DNA from: Gemmatimonadota bacterium
GTDB lineage: Bacteria; Gemmatimonadota; Gemmatimonadetes; Longimicrobiales; Gaopeijiaceae
DNA: 64,000 nt
Assembly (NCBI GenBank): GCA_034521595.1
Contig: JAXHMG010000001.1
Span: forward strand, 32,001-96,000
Direction: 5' to 3'
In this document: positions 20,090-26,807 of the stretch, in pieces
How positions within the stretch are numbered: the first letter of the stretch is position 1
Layout: each line of letters begins with the position of its first letter
Translations under genes and position numbers: made by a program
The notes under the pieces: generated by a model
The model's input: the letters and a program-made list of their open reading frames with translations, nothing else
Databases searched by the model: none
Told to the model about the DNA's origin: nothing

Positions 20090-20575
20090 CAATCAACTTC
20101 TCGTTCTTTCAGCGAGGAGTATGAGGCCGCTTCGTCGCCGGTCGGGAGACTTGGGCGCGCTCCGCCGCCACTGGGCTCAGCCCACGCTCCGCTCTGCTCG
20201 CAGATCGCCGCGTGGGTTGAATCAACCTTCGTCCTTTCAGCGGAGGAGTGGATGGGCTCCGCTTCGCTCCGCCGCGTCGCGGACTGCCGCTCCGCGCGAT
20301 CACCTTCCCTGGCCCGCTCGGCTCGACCCACGCTCCCGATCTGCTGCGCAGATCGCCGCGTGGGTTCGAATTCATACCTTCTCGTCCTTTCAGCGGAGGG
20401 AGTGGGATGGGCTCCGCTTCGCTCCGCCGCGTCGCGGGACTGCCCGCTCCGGCGCGCTCCGCGCGATCACCTTCCCTGGCCCGCTCGGCTCGACCCACGC
20501 TCCCGATCTGCTGCGCAGATCGCCGCGTGGGTTCGAATTCATACCTTCTCGTCCTTTCAGCGGAGGGAGTGGGAT
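20090..20575 (-). repeat. tRNA-Ser(GCT)-linked tandem repeat, 167-bp period, distal copies degenerate
   Basis: Identical blocks at 20322 and 20489; shortened or degenerate copies at about 20175-20320 and 20090-20175. Confidence 0.9.
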
Positions 20576-20646
20576 TCGAACCCACGCGGACCTTTCGGTC
20601 CAACGCCTTAGCAGGGCGTCGCCTTAAGCCACTCGGCCATCCCTCC
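20561..20646 (-). tRNA. tRNA-Ser(GCT)
   Basis: ACGCC-CT-GCT-AA-GGCGT anticodon arm, long variable arm. Confidence 0.95.
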
Positions 20647-20688
20647 AAAGCAAGGGCCGTCCGGCGTGGACGCTCCCTGGCATCTGAG

Positions 20689-20761
20689 TTGCCCCGCTAG
20701 GGATCGAACCTAGACTCTCCGGAACCAGAATCCGGCGTGTTGCCAATTACACCACGGGGCA
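20689..20761 (-). tRNA. tRNA-Gln(CTG)
   Basis: CCGGA-TT-CTG-GT-TCCGG anticodon arm. Confidence 0.95.
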
Positions 20762-20765
20762 GCAG

Positions 20766-20837
20766 AGCCACCTGTCGGATTTGAACCGACGACCCCGTCA
20801 TTACGAATGACGTGCTCTACCACTGAGCTAAGGTGGC
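20766..20837 (-). tRNA. tRNA-Thr(CGT)
   Basis: CGTCA-TT-CGT-AA-TGACG anticodon arm. Confidence 0.95.
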
Positions 20838-20844
20838 GGAAAAG

Positions 20845-20917
<73 letters not shown>

Positions 20918-20934
20918 AACGACACTCGGAATGA

Positions 20935-21008
20935 TGGGCGCGAGAGGACTCGAACCTCTGACCTCTACGATGTCAACGTAGCGCTCTAACCAACTGAGCT
21001 ACGCGCCC
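20935..21008 (-). tRNA. tRNA-Val(GAC)
   Basis: CTACG-TT-GAC-AT-CGTAG anticodon arm. Confidence 0.95.
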
Positions 21009-21037
21009 GGTCGTACGAACCGAGGATGCTGCTGCTA

Positions 21038-21111
<74 letters not shown>

Positions 21112-21127
21112 GCGATCGACGATGGAA

Positions 21128-21211
21128 TGCCCACGACAGGACTCGAACCTGTACGCCGTTTCCGGCACTGGTCCCTCAAACCAGCCTGTCTACCAATTCC
21201 AGCACGTGGGC
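21128..21211 (-). tRNA. tRNA-Leu(GAG)
   Basis: CTGGT-TT-GAG-GG-ACCAG anticodon arm, long variable arm. Confidence 0.95.
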
Positions 21212-21270
21212 AGAAGCCTGCATATCCTTCATAGGCCGACCGGGCCGCCCACCAACGGACGGCCGGTGCA

Positions 21271-21354
21271 TGCTCGAGGAGGGACTCGAACCCTCACGGG
21301 GTTTCCCCCACAGGATCCTGAATCCTGCGCGTCTACCAATTCCGCCACCCGAGC
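21271..21354 (-). tRNA. tRNA-Leu(CAG)
   Basis: CAGGA-TT-CAG-GA-TCCTG anticodon arm, long variable arm. Confidence 0.95.
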
Positions 21355-21389
21355 GCGGGCCGTCCTGAGCCTGCGAGGCCGTCCGACGA

Positions 21390-21462
<73 letters not shown>

Positions 21463-21529
21463 TCACGCATCACCTGGTGAAGCCGTCATTCTCGGTGCAT
21501 CGACGACTTCGCTGTCAAATAACGAGGAG

Positions 21530-21603
21530 CGGGGCTGACGAGACTCGAACTCGCGACCTCCGGTGTGACAGACCGGCACTCTAACCGACTGAGCTACAGC
21601 CCC
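21530..21603 (-). tRNA. tRNA-Asp(GTC)
   Basis: CCGGT-CT-GTC-AC-ACCGG anticodon arm. Confidence 0.95.
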
Positions 21604-21658
21604 TGATTGTGCTACCCACGGTGCTCGGCACCTTCTCCGTACGGCACCGCGACTTCTA

Positions 21659-21730
21659 TGCCCCGACGGGGAATTGAACCCCGATTACCACCTTGAAAGA
21701 GTGGTGTCCTAGCCATTAGACGACCGGGGC
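21659..21730 (-). tRNA. tRNA-Glu(TTC)
   Basis: CCACT-CT-TTC-AA-GGTGG anticodon arm. Confidence 0.95.
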
Positions 21731-21744
21731 GTACCTGGCGTTGA

Positions 21745-21817
21745 CAGGCCCGGAGGGACTCGAACCCCCAACCGCCGGTTTTGGAGACCGGTGCTCTACC
21801 AATTGAGCTACGGACCT
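21745..21817 (-). tRNA. tRNA-Trp(CCA)
   Basis: CCGGT-CT-CCA-AA-ACCGG anticodon arm. Confidence 0.95.
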
Positions 21818-21855
21818 CTAGTCTGTCGTGTCGCCCGGCCCCTGGGTATGGATCA

Positions 21856-21928
21856 TGGCCAGGGACGGAATCGAACCGCCGACACCACGATTTTCAGTCG
21901 TGTGCTCTACCAACTGAGCTACCTGGCC
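21856..21928 (-). tRNA. tRNA-Phe(GAA)
   Basis: CACGA-CT-GAA-AA-TCGTG anticodon arm. Confidence 0.95.
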
Positions 21929-21936
21929 CTCGACAT

Positions 21937-21969
21937 AAAAAACCGCCCGAACCATAGCGGCGCGGACGG
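21937..21969 (-). terminator. Terminator-like hairpin plus U6, ending 8 nt upstream of tRNA-Phe (candidate attenuator terminator)
   Basis: Minus strand CCGTCCG-CGCCGCTATGGTT-CGGGCGG-TTTTTT. Confidence 0.6.
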
Positions 21970-21993
21970 GATGCTTCAGGTAAGGCCGGCGAC

Positions 21994-22086
21994 TTACGCG
22001 GCCTGCCCCCCCGCCCGCGCAAGCGGGCTCCACGTATCGGACACCGTCAAGAGCGTAGACTGCTTCGGCAAGACGCGGGTCTCCAT
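21994..22086 (-). CDS. Candidate leader peptide (30 aa) METRVLPKQSTLLTVSDTWSPLARAGGQAA
   Basis: ATG-to-TAA frame overlapping mutually exclusive hairpins; the AGGA Shine-Dalgarno is only 2 nt from the ATG. Confidence 0.4.
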   Translation of the reverse strand: METRVLPKQSTLLTVSDTWSPLARAGGQAA

Positions 22087-22134
22087 CGTCCTAACGTGGC
22101 GAGCGCCGCCCTCCGGACGGCGCTCTTCGAACAA

Positions 22135-22208
<74 letters not shown>

Positions 22209-22219
22209 ACAGGGCTGAG

Positions 22220-22249
22220 AATCTATACCCTGTCGGCGCAAGCGGTCAA
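22220..22249 (-). promoter_or_regulatory. Sigma70-type promoter of the tRNA array
   Basis: TTGACC-18 nt-TAGATT, ending 11 nt upstream of tRNA-fMet. Confidence 0.6.
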
Positions 22250-22388
22250 CCCACGGCGGTGCGGCCCCCTCCTCGGGCCGTCGCTGACGGCCACCTCCCA
22301 GACTGTGCGGACCGTGTGAGGCGTGGTGTCGGAGGTCCGGAAGAGTGCATGTTTGGAGGGATCTTCCACCGACTTCCACAGGTCACTC

Positions 22389-23627
22389 GTGCTCGACGCA
22401 AACTTCATCGACCCACTGATCGCCCTCGGGCTCGGGCTCCTCGTGGGACTACAGAAGGAACGGACGTCGTCCCCTCTCGCGGGGCTGAAGACGTTCGGCC
22501 TGGCCAGCCTCTTCGGGGCGGTAGCCGCATTGGTCTCGATCGAGGTGGGCGGCTGGATTCTCCCCACCGGCCTGATCGCCGTGGTCGGGGTCATGGCCAT
22601 CGGCAACGCCATTCAGATTCGCGAGCACCGTGCCACGCCCGGACAGACCACGGAGGTCGCGATCCTGGTCATGTACCTGGTAGGCGCGTTGACCGTCGTA
22701 GGCACGACCGCCGTCGCCATCGTCCTCGGGGGAGCCGTCGCCGTCCTCCTGCATCTCCGGGAGGAGCTCCGGGGATTGGTAACCCGGATGAGCGACCGCG
22801 ACGTCCGCGCGATCATGCAGTTCGTGCTCGTTTCCCTCGTCATCCTGCCTGTCCTACCGGACCGGACGTTCGGTCCGTTCGGGGTCCTGAACCCCTACAA
22901 CATCTGGTTGATGGTCGTGCTGATCGTCGGGATCAACCTCGCGGGATACGCAGCCTTCCGATGGCTCAGCAGCCGGAGCGGCACGGCAGTGGCGGGGCTG
23001 CTCGGCGGAGTAGTGTCGAGCACGGCCACAGCCTTCGCATACGCCAGGAACGTCCGCTCGGGCGATCTATCCGCCGGGACCGGGGCAGTGATCATCTGGA
23101 TGGCCTCGAGCATCGTCTACATCCGCATCCTGATCGAGATCGGAGCGGTCGCGCCAAGGTTCCTACCGACCGCTGTGGGCCCGATGCTCGTGATGCTCGG
23201 CATGTTCGCGGCCATCACCGCTCTCACTTGGAACAAGGTGGCGGACGCCGGAGCCAACCCACTCGAGCTCAAGAACCCGACGCACATGAACGCGGCCATC
23301 GTCTTCGCCGCACTCTATGCCGGGGTCCTGCTGGCCGTCGCCGCCGCCGAAAGGTACCTGGGCGACGCCGGACTCTACGCTACGGCCGTGCTCTCCGGAC
23401 TCACGAACATCGACGCCATCACCCTCTCGACTGCACGCCTGGTCGCATCGGAGCGCGTGGACGAATCCGTCGGCTGGAGGCTCATCGTCGCGGCGAGCCT
23501 CTCGAACATGGTGTTCAAGCTGGGGATCGCACGGGTCCTCGGCGGTCGTGCGCTGGGGCGGAAGCTCGGTGGCTTGACCGCCATCGGAGTCGCGGCCGGC
23601 CTTGCCCTCATCCTACTCTGGCGGTGA
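22389..23627 (+). CDS. MgtC/SapB-family membrane protein with DUF4010
   Basis: LGLLVGLQKER, AGLKTF, GQTTEVA, LPVLPDRTFGPFGVLNPY, GGVVSSTAT. Start approximate. Confidence 0.88.
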   Translation: MLDANFIDPLIALGLGLLVGLQKERTSSPLAGLKTFGLASLFGAVAALVSIEVGGWILPTGLIAVVGVMAIGNAIQIREHRATPGQTTEVAILVMYLVGALTVVGTTAVAIVLGGAVAVLLHLREELRGLVTRMSDRDVRAIMQFVLVSLVILPVLPDRTFGPFGVLNPYNIWLMVVLIVGINLAGYAAFRWLSSRSGTAVAGLLGGVVSSTATAFAYARNVRSGDLSAGTGAVIIWMASSIVYIRILIEIGAVAPRFLPTAVGPMLVMLGMFAAITALTWNKVADAGANPLELKNPTHMNAAIVFAALYAGVLLAVAAAERYLGDAGLYATAVLSGLTNIDAITLSTARLVASERVDESVGWRLIVAASLSNMVFKLGIARVLGGRALGRKLGGLTAIGVAAGLALILLWR

Positions 23628-23763
23628 CTCGCGGCGCCCGCCGAGGGCGTGACCAGGCGCGACCCGTTGCGCGCGGTGCGGGGACGAGCCACGCTTTCAG
23701 GGGCCGGGCGGACGAGCCCGAGCCAGACGAGCAACGAGCTGAAGATAGTGGAGGATCCATACC

Positions 23764-24108
23764 ATGACCGACCTCGCCGAACGACATTGTGAAGCGTGCA
23801 AACCCGATTCCCCGACGGTGAGCCCCGAGGAGCGTGAAGAATTTCACGCTCAGGTGCCGGACTGGGACATCGTGGAGATCGGCGGCGTCCCGCAGCTGCA
23901 ACGTGCGTTCACGGTCCCCGACTTCGCGGAAGCCCTGGCCCTGTCCGATGAAGTCGGCGCCTTGGCGGAGGAAGAAGGCCACCATCCGGCCATCCTCACG
24001 GAATACGGGAAGGTCACCGTGCGGTGGTGGACGCACACCATCGGCGGGCTGCACAAGAACGACTTCATCATGGCGGCCAAGACCGACGAGCTCTTCGAGG
24101 ATCTGTAA
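23764..24108 (+). CDS. phhB: Pterin-4-alpha-carbinolamine dehydratase
   Basis: [31 protein letters not shown]. Confidence 0.92.
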   Translation: MTDLAERHCEACKPDSPTVSPEEREEFHAQVPDWDIVEIGGVPQLQRAFTVPDFAEALALSDEVGALAEEEGHHPAILTEYGKVTVRWWTHTIGGLHKNDFIMAAKTDELFEDL

Positions 24109-24170
24109 GCGGACGTCACCGGCCGGGTCCGAAACAGGCAACCCGGAGGCTCCCTACCACCGACATCGGG

Positions 24171-25472
24171 TCAAGATCGCGGACGAAGCTCGCTGACGAC
24201 CTGGATGCCGCGAGCTACTTCGGGGATCACGCCCCTCTGCTCGTAAACCGGTAGCACCTGGGCCCGCAGCGCTCCGATCCGGCGCACGAACCAGGCCGCG
24301 AAGACCAGACAACCCATCCCACCCAAGGCCACGGCCGCCGGTGCTCCGATCCGACTCGCTATCGCTCCGCCCCCCAGGCTCCCGATCGGCATCATCCCCA
24401 TGAACGCCATCGTGTAGAGACTCATCACGCGACCGCGCATCTCCTCGCCGACCAGCGTCTGGACGACCGTGTTGATCGAAGCGGTCGTGAGCATCAGGCC
24501 AAAGCCACCCAGGGCGAGCATCGCACAAGAGAGGAGCAGGCTGCGGGACACCGAAAAGACCAGAAGCGTGGTTCCGAACAGCGCCAGAGCCCCCGCGATG
24601 ACCCGCCCGAGTCCCATCACCGTATCCCTCGAGGCGAGGTAGAGCGCGCCGGCCAGAGCGCCGGCACCCGACGACGCCGTCAGCAACCCGAGGGTGGTCG
24701 CATCCCCGTCGAGGATATCTCGGGCGAAGACGGGGAAGAGCACGACGTAGGGGATCCCCAGAAGCGATACACCCGCCAGCACGACGAGGAGGTCGCGGAT
24801 GGGCGCGAAGCCGAACGCGTAACCGAATCCCTCCCGGATGTTCTGAAGCAGGGCGCCGGCTCGCAGTCCTCGCTCAGCCGGTAGGCGCATCATGGCGAGG
24901 GCACCGAGGATCCCCACGAAGCTGACGGCGTTGAGCACGAAGACCGGCCCCTCGCCCCACCACCCGATGAGGATCCCGCCGAGCGCGGGTCCAATCAGCC
25001 GAGCCGCGTTGAACATCGAGGAGTTGAGGGCGATCGCGTTAGGAAGATCCGCCTGACCCTCCACCAGCTTCACCAGAAGCGCCTGCCGAGCCGGTATATC
25101 AACGCCGTTGATGACGCCCACCACGACCGCCAGCACCACAAGGTGCCAGACCTGCACCAGCCCGCCAATAACGAGCGCCGCCAGAACCACGGCCTGTACC
25201 ATGGCCAAGGTCTGAGCCACGGCGACCATCCGATAGCGGCTCCACCGGTCCGCGAGCGCTCCGGCGAACGGGGCCATCAAGAGCGAGGGGAATTGGCTCG
25301 AAAACCCGATCACCCCGAGCAGGAACGCGGAATCGGTGAGCCGATAAACGAGCCAACTCATCGCGACCTGTTGCATCCAGGTGCCGACGAGCGAGATACC
25401 CTGGCCCACGAAGAACAGCCGCAGATTGCGGTGGCGGAGCGCCCTCAGCGCCAAACGGATACGATTCGACAC
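24171..25472 (-). CDS. MFS transporter
   Basis: GQGISLVGTWMQ, GALADRWSR, NAIALNSSMFNAARLIGP, MRGRVMSLY. Confidence 0.92.
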   Translation of the reverse strand: MSNRIRLALRALRHRNLRLFFVGQGISLVGTWMQQVAMSWLVYRLTDSAFLLGVIGFSSQFPSLLMAPFAGALADRWSRYRMVAVAQTLAMVQAVVLAALVIGGLVQVWHLVVLAVVVGVINGVDIPARQALLVKLVEGQADLPNAIALNSSMFNAARLIGPALGGILIGWWGEGPVFVLNAVSFVGILGALAMMRLPAERGLRAGALLQNIREGFGYAFGFAPIRDLLVVLAGVSLLGIPYVVLFPVFARDILDGDATTLGLLTASSGAGALAGALYLASRDTVMGLGRVIAGALALFGTTLLVFSVSRSLLLSCAMLALGGFGLMLTTASINTVVQTLVGEEMRGRVMSLYTMAFMGMMPIGSLGGGAIASRIGAPAAVALGGMGCLVFAAWFVRRIGALRAQVLPVYEQRGVIPEVARGIQVVSELRPRS

Positions 25473-25570
25473 GTCCGACGCTAACGGGTCGGGGGATGAG
25501 AAGGGAGTGGAGGGTGTGATGCCCCCTCCCTCTGACGCTCGAGCCCGACGCCGGCGGCACCCGCTCCGTC

Positions 25571-25684
25571 GCGCGAGCCATGCACCCGGATGAGGACGGG
25601 CGCAAACAGCACGAGGAGATGGGCTTCCTCGAAGGATGGGGCACGTGCCTGGACCAACTCGTCGAAATGGTCAGGCGGTGGTGA
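25571..25684 (+). pseudogene. C-terminal remnant of an SRPBCC/AHSA1-family protein
   Basis: Translates ARAMHPDEDGRKQHEEMGFLEGWGTCLDQLVEMVRRW*; no room for the N-terminal part before the divergent MFS gene. Confidence 0.6.
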
Positions 25685-25740
25685 CATCGGCCGCCCAGGC
25701 GCTTCCCGCCACCGCCCCGAGTCTATAGTTTCACCGTCCA

Positions 25741-25814
25741 CGGGACGTGGCGCAGTCCGGTAGCGCACTGCAATGGGGTTGCAGGGGTCGCCGGTTCGAA
25801 TCCGGCCGTCCCGA
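25741..25814 (+). tRNA. tRNA-Pro(GGG)
   Basis: CGGGACGTGGCGCAG...CTGCA-AT-GGG-GT-TGCAG...GGTTCGAATCC; TATAGT just upstream. Confidence 0.95.
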
Positions 25815-26736
25815 TGGAGGCCTCACAACCAGACGGTTGTGAGGCCTCTTTTGTTTTCGGCCTCCATCGGGGCGGCCGGATTCGTGGACTCGCCAACAGG
25901 CGAGGACACGGCGCGACCCACGTCGCGCCAGAACCGTAGGTTCGAGACGAGCGGCCACATCAGTCGCTCCCGACCCACAAGCCCCACCGCGAGTCGAGCG
26001 AAGGGCGGGCGCGCCCCCGGCGCGCTCGACCGTAGCTCCATCCGGCCGTCCCGATGGAGGCCTCACAAGCCGACCGACAGGCTCTTCGCTCTCGGCCTCC
26101 ATCGGGACGGCCGGACGGATCCCTTGGTCGTCGATCGCCGGGAAGCACATGGGCCGACGACAGCTCGCGCTGTCGCGGAACGACCTCATCCGGCCGGCCG
26201 GATTCGTGGACTCGCCGACCGGCGAGGACACGGCGCGACCCACGTCGCGCCAGAACCGTAGGTTCGAGACGAGCGGCCAACAACGGTCGCCTCCCGACCC
26301 GACAAGCTCCACCGCGAGTCGAGCGAAGGGCGGGCGCGCCCCCGGCGCGCTCGACCGTAGCTCAATCCGGCCGTCCCATGGAGGCCTCACAACCAGACGG
26401 TTGTGAGGCCTCTTCTGTTTTCGGCCTCCATCGGGACGGCCGGATGGACTCCCTCTGGTCGTCGATCCGCCGGGGAAGCACATGGGCCGACGACAGCTCG
26501 CGCTGTCGCGGAACGACCTTATCCGGCCGGCCGGATTCGCAGACTCGCCAACAGGCGAGGATGCGTGGGGCGACAACGTCGTCCCACCGAACCGTAGGTT
26601 CGAGACGAGCGGCCAACATCGGTCCCTCTCGACCCGCAAGCCCCACCGCGAGTCGAGCGAAGGGCGGGCGCGCCCCCAGCGCGCTCGACCGTAGCTCCAT
26701 CCGGCCGTCCCGATCGAGGCCTCACAACCAGACGGT
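25800..26736 (+). repeat. tRNA-Pro(GGG)-linked tandem repeat: three units (240, 325, 334 bp) plus a partial unit
   Basis: ATCCGGCCGTCCC tRNA 3'-end copies at 25800, 26040, 26365 and 26699; shared bodies. Confidence 0.92.
25817..25857 (+). terminator. Intrinsic terminator after tRNA-Pro(GGG), repeated in the array
   Basis: GAGGCCTCACAACC-AGAC-GGTTGTGAGGCCTC-TTTTGTTTT. Confidence 0.8.
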
Positions 26737-26807
26737 CGACGCACACCCGTCCGCACGATAGCGTGTGAAGAAGCACCGACTTTTCCCCACCACACCGCGA
26801 GCCGACC

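Noticed and set aside
18840-20575. CRISPR array
   Set aside because: Units are 166-169 bp and near-identical throughout, with no unique spacers and no cas genes in the window.
21488-21518. Internal promoter TTGACA...GAGAAT upstream of tRNA-Ala(GGC)
   Set aside because: The 19-nt spacer and weak -10 cannot be supported without TSS data.
21929-22134. tmRNA or 6S RNA in the fMet-Phe spacer (the uORF ends in AA-stop like a tmRNA tag)
   Set aside because: No tRNA-Ala-like ends, too short for tmRNA, and no convincing end-to-end rod with a central bubble. An Rfam search would settle it.
25800-26736. attL/attR of an integrated island at tRNA-Pro(GGG)
   Set aside because: The duplicated tRNA ends are only 240-334 bp apart, with no integrase or cargo between them.
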